From: Adineta vaga
Lineage: Eukaryota > Animalia > Rotifera
Assembly: GCA_021613535.1 (NCBI GenBank)
Contig: CP075493.1
Coordinates: 62,001-126,000, forward strand
Direction: 5' to 3'
DNA length: 64,000 bases
Below the pieces are notes generated by a model. It was not told the origin of the DNA, ran no database searches, and saw only the letters and a program-made list of their open reading frames with translations. A program made the position numbers and the translations under genes. This document shows positions 1-13,521 of this stretch, piece after piece; position 1 is the stretch's first letter, and every line of letters starts with the position of its first letter.

Positions 1-1290
1 TATACAGACTGTTACAATACTGTGTCCACCTTTGTTTAATTTCGTCATTTGACCGTAACATTGTCCGCTCATGACTTCGTATGATATTTAAGCGAGGTGC
101 AAATTCTTTACTGAGCATTTTTATGAGGCCATATGCTTCTCTTGTATTTTCAATACTTAAACCTTTTTCAGCTTGCTCACGTTAGTCTTGTATCTAATAT
201 TCTTTGTTCTGTCTTGGTGATCTCTTGACGTTGCTACATAGACCTTTATATAGTTGTATATATCCTAAGGAAACGTGTTTTACCTGTTTCAATCTACGTT
301 CTTCGTCAGCTGGTTTTAGTGTTTCTTCTGAAATCCAGTTTTTTAGCTATTCCTTTTGTTGGTACAGTCGCCTCTATCTCTTTTAGCTGTTCCGCTAAAG
401 CGGCGCTATATGATTGGAATACAAATGAATGATCTGAACTTATGTCTGTACTCTGAAATGTTCGACAGATCCTGACCGAGGTCTTCCATCTTTGCTGGAT
501 GAATATCAAGTCAATCATATTCTTGTAAACGCCACCTGGCGATGCCCAAGTCCACTTTCGATTTGATTTACCTTCAAATCTTGTATTACATATGTAGAGA
601 TTGTGCGATCTATATTACCCTTACCAATTTTAGTGTTCTAGTCTCCTGTCAAGATAATTATGTCTCTCTTAGCTGTTCTTGATAATGCTTCTTTGATATA
701 GTTATAGAATGCATTGATATCTTCTTCTGAAGACGAGCAAGTTGGTGCGTATACGTATAATACTGAGATTTTGAATGGTGTTGCATCGAATCGTGCCGAA
801 ATTATTCGTGAGCTGATTGGATTGTATCCTATTAATGCCTTTTTCGCTTGAATGCTCAGTAAGAACCCCAACCCATCCTAGCATGTGAGGACGCTTCTCC
901 TGTCCATCGAACTTCTGAAATACCAATTATATCGTATCTAAACCGTTTCATTTCGTTTCTGAGTAGTTTTAGCTTGCCTACAGCCCATAGCATCTGTACA
1001 TACCATGTTCCTACTGTCAGAGTATATTTGGCAAGTTTTAGTTTTTGCGTGTTTTCGTCGTATATGAATTCTTTCCAGTCGCCAATTTGTTGACTATGTC
1101 CTGGTCATTCGACAGAAAACGCGGACATTGTTTTACCAGCTGTCGTCCGAGCCGGCATGACTTATCTTTGTTATCGTTCATGGTTGGTTTCTTTCGTCTT
1201 ATTCTTTTTACAGACGATGGTATCTGCACCCTTTTCGTCTAATGCTCCTCCTTTGCCCGGACTTGTGACTCACACGAAGCTCGCCGAACA
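1..1290 (-). mobile_element. Decayed RTE-clade non-LTR retrotransposon fragment (5' region + APE endonuclease), running off the left edge
   Basis: Minus-strand pieces in several frames: LTVGTW.VQ.L (~1020), RIISARFDATPFKISVLYVYAPT...DIIILTGD (871-638), KWTWASPGGVYKNMIDLIFIQQRWKTSV...SSDH (560-430). These are APE motifs with stops, deletions and frameshifts. Left boundary is the window edge; right boundary approximate. Confidence 0.85.
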
Positions 1291-1484
1291 TCGGCTTCCA
1301 TGTTGGAGTTTCTTTTATGTCATGCTCATTTAAAATGTTTGTACAATTACTGCAGTCATTTTATCTCTTTCTGTCGCTTTAAGGCTGACTTATATACGGT
1401 TTTCCGAACAATCGAATGGAACATCTTTTAGAAACGCAACTAGCTCAAAGCTATGACCTTTGAACACGATATTGAGAAAATCAA

Positions 1485-1556
1485 CATGGAACAAACTGAT
1501 TCCGTGATTTCAGTGATATCAAATGATTTCTGGTGTTGAAATCAGTTTGTCCCCCC
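1485..1556. mobile_element. Tiny GATTTCA-repeat MITE remnant
   Basis: GGAACAAACTGATT...AATCAGTTTGTCCCC inverted ends with internal (T)GATTTCA repeats; related pieces at 2793-2921 and 3730-3815. Confidence 0.5.
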
Positions 1557-1952
1557 GTTATCACTTGTATTAGATGGCATAAATGTTAGCATTGTCAGTG
1601 ACATCGATATCGATGAAAAATAGGGTTGAAAGTTCCGAGAGACTAACAACAGATCGAAATACCTAAACATCAGAAGTCTTCTATGAGAATTTATGAAAAA
1701 TCCTTTTCGTCCTGAGGAGGCTTTCTAATACTAAGAGAATAGTCGAAAACTTAAAATAACTAAGGGAAGCGTTGGATTGATGGGTATGAGAGATCTTAGA
1801 CCATACTTAAAAACACTGTCATTTTTGAGAAAATAGCCAATATCTAACAAAATGATGAAGACCCGATTATTTCATTCAAAGAAGGCTGTTAATTTAAGCG
1901 TCCGGTGATTGAAATGTGAAACACAACTACCTGCCTTTTTACTTCATAAATA

Positions 1953-2532
1953 ACGGGTGGCGCAGATTAAATAAACCTCTCAATATTTTCCATTTTCTTC
2001 ATCTATAATTCAGCATAGAAAAAAAAACTTTTTACAGAAAGATTCCTTGTCAAATTCTCGACGAAATGTAGACGTTTTTATTATCTTAAATAATCTTCAT
2101 TATTCTGAGGCACGTGATACAATCTCTTCATCCAAGAACTAGAACTTTCAAGCATAACATTTTTTCGATTTTTTTACTGCTCTTTTTATAATTCTTGTAT
2201 CATTGTTTCTTTAGATGTCATTCTATTTAAAAAAATAAAACAGATGACAAGATGCAGCATGAAAAGCTCTACAATCTACAAACTAAAGTTTATTCTAATT
2301 ATAAGTGTTCTCTTTTCAAATCGAAGCAAAACTCTTTGAAGTTGTAGTTCTTGGACCAACCGATTGTATCACATGTCTCAGAATAATGAAGACTATTTAA
2401 GATAATAAAAATATCTACGTTTTGTAGAGAATTTAACAAGGAATCTTTCTGTAAAAAGTTTTTTTTCTATTCCGAATTACAGATGAAAAAAATTGAAAAT
2501 ATTGAGAGGTTCATTTAATCTGCGCCACCCGT
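1953..2532. mobile_element. Palindromic MITE with ~200-bp inverted arms, TA-flanked (Tc1/mariner-like)
   Basis: TA|ACGGGTGGCGCAGATTAAAT...ATTTAATCTGCGCCACCCGT|TA; the arms continue through GATTCCTTGTCAAATTCTC / GAGAATTTAACAAGGAATC. Confidence 0.85.
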
Positions 2533-2789
2533 TACGAACACATAGTAAAGTCATCAAGCTGAACAACGTATAGAAACTTGTTAGTTAAGTGTGTGATGAT
2601 GCGTGCAGTATGATGAAAATCATATCAGTAACGGAGTAATCTAAATTTCACTTTTAAACTTCAGCTCTCCTTTCATATGATGTTTCATAAAAATTATTAA
2701 TTGATAATACTAACGCTCACCAAAGTTTGATATAAGGTTTTCAGTGGTTGCGAATCTGAATATATCGTTAGTTTGCCACAAGATAGACG

Positions 2790-3815
2790 ACGGAGAACAA
2801 AGTGATTTCGTAGTTTCAGTGATTTCAAGTAAACTCACATGTTTCTGCGTGATTTCAGATACTTTTAAGTGATTTCATGGAATTTCAATTCATCTCTAGT
2901 TTTGAAATAAGTTTGTTTCCCATGACTTTTTGAAACTCTCGCTTAAACTTTTCAATTACACTAATATTACTAACAGAAACAAAACAAATACTTTCCTATG
3001 CGATAACTATGAAAAGCGAGTAGCTCCCTTATCAGGCCATCACCAGACTCGATTGGTAGCATAGCTTATCAAGGACTTCCAACACGCATATATTATACGC
3101 GTTCAGGGGATGTGCCTATGCAATCACTCTTAGAAGTTCTGCTCATATCCCTAGTAGGTGTTTCGAGGACGTCTCGACTATACCTGCGATATGAATAATT
3201 AGAGTCCTAACTATAACTACATAAGTGCCATAAGGGGCTCTAACTATGCCTTCCATCCATATCCATTATTAGAGCACTCAACTATACTTCCAATATGCGC
3301 TATGTTGGATTCTAATTATGGGTCTTATAGACACTATGAGAGGTCTCAACTATATATCCGGATTCCATGATAGATGCTCCCGCGACATTTGATCCCGAGG
3401 GCCAGATCAAGTCCTAATGAAAATCGAAAATTACTCTCTCTGTCACCTTCACTCAGACTTGCACCTACACCCTCAACTATTAGGGGAACATATGTCGCTT
3501 GGGAGCAATTCCCTCAAGAGCAACAGTCGTGTTATCATATATCCAGTGAGCGCTATGAGTATCCTGACTATTTCTCCTATGTACATCCGGAGGGATCTCG
3601 ACTATACTTCTGATATGTATTATCAGGCGCCTCCAGTATGTCCTTGCTATGCGTATTGAAACTAAGAGATACGAAGTACTTTTATATTTCTATTATTTCA
3701 TTAGTTTCTAGTATTTAGGTATCGTCCCGAATGATTTCATGTGATTTTCGACTACGGGCGATTTCAGATGATTTCAACGTGTTTTCAGTGTTTGAAATCA
3801 GTTTGTTGCCCCTTG
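2790..3815. mobile_element. GATTTCA-family non-autonomous element(s), CAAGGGG-type terminus
   Basis: Right end GAAATCAGTTTGTTGCCCCTTG (rc CAAGGGGCAACAAACTGATTTC); GATTTCA subterminal repeats at both sides; left boundary uncertain. Confidence 0.45.
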
Positions 3816-6031
3816 GAGAAAATACTACTGCCGCCATTGTATTCTGTCCATCTTCATTCCTTTAGTTCAAAGTATGGCCTTCTACTTGAGTGAAAGATAC
3901 CGATTTTCGTATATCGACTTATTTTAAGTACATCTCGATATCAGAAATCTGGCTAAATAAATGAATGATGTTCATCTATATGTGCATGTAGCATATCTGT
4001 TCGGTTGTAAACTTCAATTTTTTAAAATTCAGTATAGAGGTTCGTGCGTCGGGAGCGATTTCATCTCTTCTCTCTGTTGTATTCTCGTCTGTTCATCTCA
4101 TACTCTCCTCTTCTTTCCTACATAAACGTGTATTTTACTATGAAGTAGAAAAATTCTGGATATATAATGTAACTTGTAAACATTTATAATATGAGCGGCG
4201 ATGAGATATTTATCCATTTTGTCGTCACAGTTTTGATATAAAATACAAATAATGGGCGTCGAAGAAAGAATGGGCCTCTGCGTATGCTGAAGATTCCTCC
4301 TTTATTATTCCTGCGATTAAAGAACGTTTTTTTATCAGAAGATAGTGCTTGAAATTCTCTACAAAACCATGTGCGGTTGAATACTAAAACATTATTAAAC
4401 AAGTTCGAAAAATGGTGAAATTAGAGACATACAAAAAGTAAGAAAGAGTAATTGATTAGGCATAATAAACAGCCGCCCTTTGTAGTCTACTGTTTTGCCA
4501 CTTATTTCGCTTCATAACAAAAAATTATACTACAAGATGCTCTGTGCAAAGGACTACAAACTACACACAATAATTTATTTTATGATGCAGTTTATTTTTT
4601 CAGAATAGACAAAATCTTGAGCAATGAAATTTAAATCAAACGAAATTATATTTTTTTTTGTGATAAGATGAATTGATCTTTCTCTTGCAACTTTTCAAAA
4701 TAATGTTTTTTTTTGTAAACTATAGTGCTTTTTACGCCCGCATCCTTTGGCACATTTTATTTGCTTAATAAGATGGAGCAAATGACACAAAAATGAGATG
4801 GAGCCGTTTAGCCCATTGCTGTGTACACCTTTTTCTATGCCTCTGATTGTATCTTTTTCGCATATGTTTAATAACGTGTGATATTTCGATCATACATGGT
4901 TTTTTTTAGAGAATTTCAAGCACTATCTTTTCGTAAAAAGGTTCTTAGACCACCTGAATGATAAAGGAGAAATCTTCAAAATAATCAGAGATCCATTCGT
5001 TCTGGAACAGCCGTTATTTTCAGATTTATAGAGTCAGAGTTTGGATTGAGGCTAATGCAAATATTTGGTAAGAAACATCCTATAGACTTCAAGTTGAGAT
5101 GAGTTTGTGGCATTTGTCAAGAAAGCTATAAAATATCTTCGTTTTAGGATGCTATCATATACAGATATATCGAAACAAATAATTTTACATTAAGGGAACA
5201 GCAATCTTTTCGGAATGAAAACTTATGTCGAAATGCAAATTCATTTATTTTTCTCACTCTTTAATACTCCATATAAAGTTATATCTGAAAAGATGGCTTA
5301 AGAACATGTTTTTGTTGAAGTTTTCGACTACACTTAGTTTTTTTCTAGATTTGAACCGTCGTTTCGAGTTATGCAATGAACGAATCAAGTTTTTTTTCAG
5401 TTTATGTTATCCGCACTTTACCCAGTTTAGTATTGTACAGAACGTAAATTTTTACCGTCATGTATAGTACAGAACCTAAAATATTTTATCGTCATGTGTA
5501 ATACTATATACGCTCTCACTGCTCTTCGATTACTTATTCATGCTTCGACGATTTTTTCCTTCGTTTTTTTATGAAGAATCGACGCGTAGAATAAAATAGC
5601 GACCATTACATTTCATATACGGCTTGATAGTAGTATGAAGCAAAATAATATGACGCTGCATTATGATCATCATGAGAAGGCCTATATGAACAAGAACGTG
5701 ATTTTGGTATCGGTAGAATATCACAGAAAGAGTTTTAATATGATATACTCGGTATTTTTTCTCAATTCTAGGTTGGTTAAGTAATACAGATGTATAAATG
5801 ATATCACGCTTATGGCAAAATGATATATCATACATCATTCGTTCTTGAAGCTCAAAAAATGTAAGTAATTTATCTATGTAGTTGTAAAGTATTATGCATT
5901 ATAACTACCTTAATATTTGATCAAACGTTGTAAAACATTCTGATTGAATATCATAATATTCATATTAATCCTATCCTGCTTTTGCGCGCTATGATACCCA
6001 TTCTATAAAAAAATTCGATTCTTTAGAAGTA

Positions 6032-6650
6032 ACGAGGGAGGGTCACTCACTGTCCAGTCGCTTTTCAGTTGATATTTTGGCCACAGGTAAGAGACTCTAA
6101 GCCTAGGATAATCCTATGAGGATATGAGCTGGTAGATGTTTGGCATAGAGTTATGGGCTTTTTACCGACTTTTTACCCCTTTGTCGATATTGAGCAAAAT
6201 ATTAAACAACGGAGTTTTCAACTGAAATTTGGACCATAGATAGGTCCAATCATCATTAAAGTATTCTGAAAGTTCCAGCCGAAAAAAATGTTCCTTTATG
6301 AAAATATTGGATTTTGAAGTAATCTGACAATTTGCATATAGTGTGTTGCAAGTGATTATCTTCTCATAAATCAATATCTCTATAAAAGAAAAGTTTTTTC
6401 GACTGAAACTTTCAGAATACTCTACTAATGATTAGACTTAACTATAGCCCGAATTTCAGTTGGAAACTCCACTCTTTAGTTTTTTTTGTTCAATATCGAC
6501 AAAAGCGTAAAAGTTTGGTAGAAGGTCCACATCTTGGCGCCAAAAGTCTAGCGGCCCATATCTTCGTCAAATTGTTCTACCCATACAGCCCCCTCCCTAT
6601 GGATAACATATTAACTGAAAAGCGATTGAACAGTTAGCGAACTCCCTCGT
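6032..6650. mobile_element. Near-fully palindromic mariner-like MITE
   Basis: ACGAGGGAG..CACTCACTGTCCAGTCGCTTTTCAGTT / AACTGAAAAGCGATTGAACAGTTAGCGAACTCCCTCGT; inner arms GTATTCTGAAAGTTCCAGCCGAAAAA / TTTTTCGACTGAAACTTTCAGAATAC. Confidence 0.8.
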
Positions 6651-7794
6651 AACAAACATTTAAAGCCCAATTTTATGTAAATCCAAAGCCAATCAATTCT
6701 ACTTTTCATAGGCTCTAAGTTGATATGCAATCGATCCTTAAATATTTCTTAGTTCAAAAAGAACCAGATTTTTGTAAGATGAGCGTTATAGCGCCCAGAG
6801 GACAGCAAAAGGATTAATATTTGTATGCACTAGTTTATGGATGTTGATATTCATGGGTTAAAAGTGTTTACCTGCTATTGTATCGGCTTTTTGAAGATTC
6901 AATACATCCTATTGAGACGTGAAAAACCTCGAGCATTGAGTTGTTTCAAGCCTTCCAATCACAGTTTTGAGCATTTTGCGAGGAACAGTCACCAACTGTT
7001 CATTTGCTTTTGGATTGATATTCTGGTTATAGGCGAGAGATTATAAGACTCGAAGAGTCCTAAACCCCCCTGCATAATAGAAGACCCCGAGTCTTCTAAT
7101 ACGCAGGGGTTTTAGGAAAACTAGGGCCGCTAGGTTTTTTGTGTGGAGTTATGGATTTTTAACCGCTTTTTCAGTATTGAGCGAAAAAGCTTTTCAGCGC
7201 AATCTATCTTGGGGCTAAAATGTGCAACTCACCTACCCTATTTGCGATTATAGCGTGTACGTGAGGCTTTACTTGAAACTGAGCCACACCTAAAATTGAA
7301 TTTTATTTATGATAAGTTTGTGTTTGTAATGGATTCCGTTTGTAATCGAGGATCGGAGAGAGGATTGGGCGAAATTTCTCGACGTGAAATTTAGATTCGT
7401 TTTTTTGTTTTCTCAATAAATAAATATGTGGCTTCCACAAAATATCAATTCAAAAGTGAATGGATAGTCGGTGACTGTTTCCTATTAGTCAACTTTTCCG
7501 ATAAAACACGTTAGTCGGAGTAATTTGTATTAATGTCTTGTCCATACTAAACTCATAAAGCATCGTACCAACTTGAAATCGCATTACTTTCTTTTATAGG
7601 TATGACACTAATATTTGTCCAATCTTAAACGCAGATTAAATCTGAAAAAGTTGATACGAAACTTGACACTTAAAAACGAAGGATTCTCTATTTATATTTA
7701 CAACGAATGGATTATTACACAACTTTGAAAACCAATTCTGTTCGAAACATTAATCGCTTGAATAAACTTTCTTTTAAACTAACACAGTTAAACC

Positions 7795-8737
7795 ACGGGT
7801 AGAACACTGTCGAGGCACTAGTGTTGGTGGAACTAAGGCTCTTGCACTAACATAAATCAAAAACGGGTAGAACACTGTCGAGGCACTAGTGTTGGTGGAA
7901 CTAAGGCTCTTGCACTAACATAAATCAAAAACGGGTAGAACACTGTCGAGGCACTAGTGTTGGTGGAACTAAGGCTCTTGCACTAACATAAATCAAAAAC
8001 GGGTAGAACACTGTCGAGGCACTAGTGTTGGTGGAACTAAGGCTCTTGCACTAACATAAATCAAAAACGGGTAGAACACTGTCGAGGCACTAGTGTTGGT
8101 GGAACTAAGGCTCTTGCACTAACATAAATCAAAAACGGGTAGAACACTGTCGAGGCACTAGTGTTGGTGGAACTAAGGCTCTTGCACTAACATAAATCAA
8201 AAACGGGTAGAACACTGTCGAGGCACTAGTGTTGGTGGAACTAAGGCTCTTGCACTAACATAAATCAAAAACGGGTAGAACACTGTCGAGGCACTAGTGT
8301 TGGTGGAACTAAGGCTCTTGCACTAACATAAATCAAAAAACGGGTAGAACACTGTCGAGGCACTAGTGTTGGTGGAACTAAGGCTCTTGCACTAACATAA
8401 ATCAAAAACGGGTAGAACACTGTCGAGGCACTAGTGTTGGTGGAACTAAGGCTCTTGCACTAACATAAATCAAAAACGGGTAGAACACTGTCGAGGCACT
8501 AGTGTTGGTGGAACTAAGGCTCTTGCACTAACATAAATCAAAAACGGGTAGAACACTGTCGAGGCACTAGTGTTGGTGGAACTAAGGCTCTTGCACTAAC
8601 ATAAATCAAAAACGGGTAGAACACTGTCGAGGCACTAGTGTTGGTGGAACTAAGGCTCTTGTACTAACACAAATCAAAAACGGGTAGAACACTGTCGAGG
8701 CACTAGTGTTGGTGGAACTAAGGCTCTTGCACTAACA
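7795..8737. repeat. Tandem array, 68-bp unit x ~14 (last copy partial)
   Basis: Unit ACGGGTAGAACACTGTCGAGGCACTAGTGTTGGTGGAACTAAGGCTCTTGCACTAACATAAATCAAAA. Period 68 (CGGGT at 7796, 7864, 7932...8681); one extra A near 8340 and two substitutions in copy 13. Confidence 0.97.
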
Positions 8738-9880
8738 GCGTCTAAGCAATTGAACAGAAAACTGGTTTTCGATTTGTGCTTTCCATGGATATTAGCGAAC
8801 AAGAACGTAACAACTGAGTAACATGGTTTGAAGATACAATTCAAACGGCAGTCAACTTCATTTCAATACCGATTAAACCAAGGTAAACCAGCATTTCTAG
8901 ACATCCTAGTATAATATTCAGAGGGGAAAACGTGGATGCTACTCATAAATAGTCTACTAGAAATTGTGTATATTGCGGTAGAGCGCTGCATTATATTGCA
9001 TTCTGTGATAATATACCTCATATACATGAAATAGGAAGAAGAATAAGGATGAATACACTGTCTTTACGAGGCACGCACTTTGGAGCCAGGAACGGAGTTG
9101 CAGCAGACTATTTTGTGAAAGACTGATATTATGCCATTTACGGGAAAATGTAATATGGTTAAAGGATGGTTCTACATAAAGATACATTCAGCCATATCTG
9201 TTAAATTGTGTTATAATATAGCAACAGTATTTATAATTAGAACTAGTACCTAAGAAGTTTATTTGTCGCTTTGAAAAAGGAGGAAGGAAGAACAAAAGTT
9301 TTCAGTCAGCTTGTGCCATATCTGTGTTCTTTTCTGTACCGTAAGCGTGTCAAAATGGCTCTATAAAGTGACCAAACGGTGAAGGGGATTTCATACGATA
9401 TCGAGTATGAAAAAGGTTTCGATATCTAACTTTCTCGTCTGTGTCTTCATATGCAGGTAAGTAAAAGTGCACCCTGGTATGGACACGCGCATCTGAACAT
9501 CATATTCTTTGAAATTTCGAGCTGATGAAATGGTCCAACATGTAACGCACAATTGTTCGTTTACCGATACTTCTATCTTTTCGTAAGCTGAATCTCTACA
9601 CTAAAATGAATAATAAGAACCGTTAGAAGAAAAATACTTGTATAAGAGGGAACTACGAAATTAACATCTCACCCTACACATAATCAGGTATTTAATTGCT
9701 GTGATCTTCCTAGTCGTTTACTTTTCTTATTTTCAATAGTGATCATAATATTTTAACAAAAACAGAAAAGCTGAAGTATTTTCTTCCATCTTGCTACACG
9801 CGTATTTTAGAATAGTCTTTCCATGTCATCACCATAAGAAGAAAATGCACAAAAGTTTGTATAAATCATACTGCGAACTT

Positions 9881-10468
9881 CCCACGGAAAAGTTTTTTTA
9901 ACGAAACCGCTGATATCAGCGGTTTTTTAGGACAGCGGTAATAGTAAACTCCGATGTACCAACTATTGACCGCGGTTTCACATATTGTGGTTATAACTGT
10001 TTTCATAAAACCGCCGTGTGAGTGCCAGAAACCCCGTTTTTCTCATATCGCAACTATAATTGGTTTCACAAAACCGCGGTGTGGGTCCTATTAAGCGCGT
10101 TTTGCTTTAACCGCGGTGTACTAGCTTACGAACGCGGTTCATCAATCAAAAACAGAATGTGTAAAGACTTAGAGGATGTCGTGCCCTGTTTTTTCGTAAA
10201 TTTTTGCATAAATCTTCTTGTGTGGCTCAGTCAGTAAAGAATGACATAGGAGTTCAATGGGGCTTGAAAAAGTTCCTACAAAGCCCCTCGAAGCGCAGCC
10301 ATCTCTGATGATGGAGAGGATAACCTGGTTTACCTTGGGTGAACTCAGGTGTGTGGAGTTTCGAAACCGCGGTTTTCAGCGTTTTTCTTTTCACCGCGGA
10401 AGTCAGGCCATTAATGATGGTATCGAACACCGCCTCAAACCGCGGTTTTCTGCCTTTTTTCTCGTGGG
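9881..10468. mobile_element. CMC(CACTA)-like MITE, CCCACG termini, 2-bp TSD (TT)
   Basis: TT|CCCACGGAAAAG...TTTTTCTCGTGGG|TT; interior has many AAACCGCGGT(TT) palindromic subterminal motifs. Confidence 0.75.
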
Positions 10469-10595
10469 TTCGTCAAGGTTTTTCGGATTTCTTTTCGACA
10501 AAATCAACAGTGATTCGCTTTGGAGAAGAACGTTGTAAATTGTTTCAACAATCGGAACAATTTTGTATAATCCGCACTATAAAGTCGAATCTTCG

Positions 10596-11197
10596 TTAGC
10601 CCTTTAACGACGATATTGCTCACCAATGGCACATACTCTAATTTGTGAACGTTAGTCAGCAATAAAAATAAAATGTTTTCTGAACATGTCTTCGAGTAGA
10701 AGATATTTGCGCTCATTTTTTATCCTGAAATGGTCATAATAGATAGCTCCGCAAGGTCTAATAGACTGAGAAATTTTCTAAGAACTTCACCTCTTGAGGA
10801 CGAGGTTACTATGCAAACACATCAAAGTTTTGAAACTTATAAGTTAATCTATTCATTTCAAAGAGGGTAGATGAGAATATTATATATGTACCAGTATCAT
10901 GAGACATAATTAGGGTCATATCAATTACTTGCACTAGCACGTAAAGTATTAATGAATTATAAGACACTTGCAATTGTCCATTCGGAGCTGATTCATAGCT
11001 GGACGCATATATGCGTCTTCCGTCCTCAGGGGATTAATTCTTTTCGTAAAAGACTGCGCAAGGAAGTACGCTAATTACTAATCATTAGTTTAGCATGTAA
11101 AGTTCTGCTTTTTCCGTTAATCTCTTTGCATTTGAGTTTAATCTAGGAAAAACATTTTTTGCAAACTTTTCAAAATCCCATCACTCCCGAAAGAGTT
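10596..11197. mobile_element. Two adjacent piggyBac-like MITE remnants (TTAA-bounded)
   Basis: TTAGCCCTTTAACGACG...GACGCATATATGCGTC..CGTCCTCAGGGGATTAA, then TTAATTCTTTTCG...CCCGAAAGAGTTAA sharing the TTAA at ~11034. Confidence 0.5.
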
Positions 11198-11491
11198 AAA
11201 TAAACTGTATGCTCTCAGCTACTTAGATTACCTTTTATTAGATAGATCAGAAAACAACAAATTGTTTGGTTTCATTGATTTATACACTTAAAATTCCGAC
11301 ACTTCGACCCAGAGATAGATATAATATCCAACCTGAATTTTCTAGACAAGCAGCACGATTTCTAATCATATGAGATTAGTTTTTTGGAGTTTTTTTTGTA
11401 AAAACTCATTCAGTGTAGAGACAAAATTCTAATAAGTAAAATATTTTGTGCAGGTTTATATGCGTCGAAAGTAGATAAACTATTCAGTATA

Positions 11492-11909
11492 CACTCTGAA
11501 TAAAAAGTTCATGTGATCGAACCCATCAAAAAGGTTTCGCAAATTTCAAAAGCTTCAGAAAGCGTTGAAAAATCGAAAGAAATGGTTTCCAAAATCTACG
11601 AAACCTAGAAAGGATCTGACCGCGAGTACACACTCCGAACCATCGTCTACGAATCCTTTTTAGGTTTTGTACAGCGAAAAAAGGTTTCGTATTAGCTCAC
11701 AAAACCTTATTGCTTTCGTTTAAAACCACAGTGCTGATCCCTGAGATTTCGTACTTTCTGAGGAAACTTTTTTTCGCTGTACAAAACTCAAAAAGGTTTC
11801 GCAGATTTTGAAAACCATATCTTTCGATTTGTCAACGCTTTCTGAAGCTTTTGAAATATGTGAAACTCTTTTGATGGGTTCGGTCACATTAACTTTTTTA
11901 TTTAGAGTG
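11492..11909. mobile_element. CACTC-ended palindromic MITE (copy 1)
   Basis: CACTCTGAATAAAAAG...CTTTTTTATTTAGAGTG; shares core GGATCTGACCGCG..ACAC.CTCCGAACCATCGTCTACGAA with 17825-18208 and 62900-63298. Confidence 0.85.
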
Positions 11910-12115
11910 TTGTTTGTTGAAAATTGAGCAGTTATCATTCAGAGTCTATGCACTGTTTTGCGAATGAAATGCGGCGACGTTGCGCTCAATTGCGTCCCAT
12001 TTCAATCTCAATAGGGCAATTTGGCGTGCCGATATAATATGAAAAAAGTCTGTTTATCCACATCCTTACCCTAATTATATTTATTCACACAGATAATAGA
12101 ATGAACTTTACCATC

Positions 12116-13521
12116 CAAGGGGAAAACGGCGGACTTCTAGACTTTGAGGTACTTTCAGGCACTTGAAATGTATTTTGAACTACTTGAAGTTACTTAAAAC
12201 TACTTGAATGTATTTGAAACTACTTAGAACTACTTGAGATACTTGAATGTACCTTTTAGTAACATGCGAATTTAATCAATATCCCCAATTTTTAGGGATA
12301 TTACTAATCTATGCAAACAATACAAACACCCAACTTTTTCAGAACGCGCGTTGGTTGCTGCTACAAACTCCTACTTTTCTTTAACTTTTGAAAGAAATAA
12401 ACCCTAAAGAAACTCGGGAAAATCACCCTTCGTAACGCTGATATACAGTGGCTCTCTTGTAGTTGTGACAATCACTCGCAGAACTTCATGATCTACATTT
12501 TGGCTCACTTAAGTTTTACCCATAAACACGTTTTAACGATAAAATCCGCTAGGGATATATGCGACCGATCAAAAAGCACTTCTGTAGACCCACTAACGCT
12601 CGAAATCTTTGCCATAGTTCAGACAAACACTCGAGCGTGTTTTGACGAACATTTACAGCAATACCCTCCCTAGAAATCAACGACTATTCGAATATTAATA
12701 CAACTTTTATTAAACTTTGTTATCAACCTTACGATATTTTTGTCCAGTTTTTATATTTATATAATGAAAAATCTTAAAGCATTACGCATTATATACGAGA
12801 ATCCGATTTATACTGCTCTCATGCAATATCAGGAAATATAATTTGGATATGTCAAGCTATTCTTATAATTTAATTGAATAATACTAAAAATTTGAATCTT
12901 TTTTATCTGAACTTTACCTATTTTAATGTATGACAATAAGTTGTTGACGGAAACTTTGTTTCAGAAATCTTTGAAAATTGTATTTCAGTCAAAATAAAAG
13001 ATAAAATTAAATATCCTCATAAACAATCAGCATGTTGACTGTTGCCCAACACAAGAACAAAGATATCAACTGATCGTCTATCTCAAATAATGCAGTAAAT
13101 AATCAATATTAACTGGTGAAATTCCTGATTCTTCTGTTCATTACTGATATTTCTTCTGTAATTTACACATAAGTCAATCAACATTTTCTAAACATTTCTT
13201 CACTGGAATTGAATTTCATTTGATAAACGATAACTTTTCGAGATCATTATTCCACTTTGTCATACTTGTCTGTACTTCAAGAGACTTTGATGATGCTTTC
13301 AGAGACTTTGAAGATCTTAAAGTAGTTACTGTTTCTTCTGACTATACTTTGTAGACACTTGGTCGTACTTCAAAGGTACTTTGTTATATTTTGAAGATAC
13401 TTAGAGCTACTTTTCTTATACTTAGTGCTACTTTAAACTACTTTTTTGCACTTCAAGTTACTTGAAGTTATTTTTGGATTTTCATCTACTTTTATACTTG
13501 AAGTCCGCCGTTTCCCCTTTG
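12116..13521. mobile_element. Non-autonomous DNA transposon with 8-bp TSD (hAT- or P-like)
   Basis: TSD TTACCATC at 12108-12115 and 13522-13529; TIR CAAGGGGAAAACGGCGGACTTC / GAAGTCCGCCGTTTCCCCTTTG; TACTTGAA subterminal repeats. Confidence 0.9.

Noticed and set aside
3985-4145. Solo LTR (also candidates near 8960-9200, 13900-14020, 60640-60710)
   Set aside because: CT-rich, LTR-like texture, but no TG..CA ends with a matching TSD could be established.
7795-8737. CRISPR array
   Set aside because: Units are identical end to end with no unique spacers, there are no cas genes, and the context is eukaryotic.
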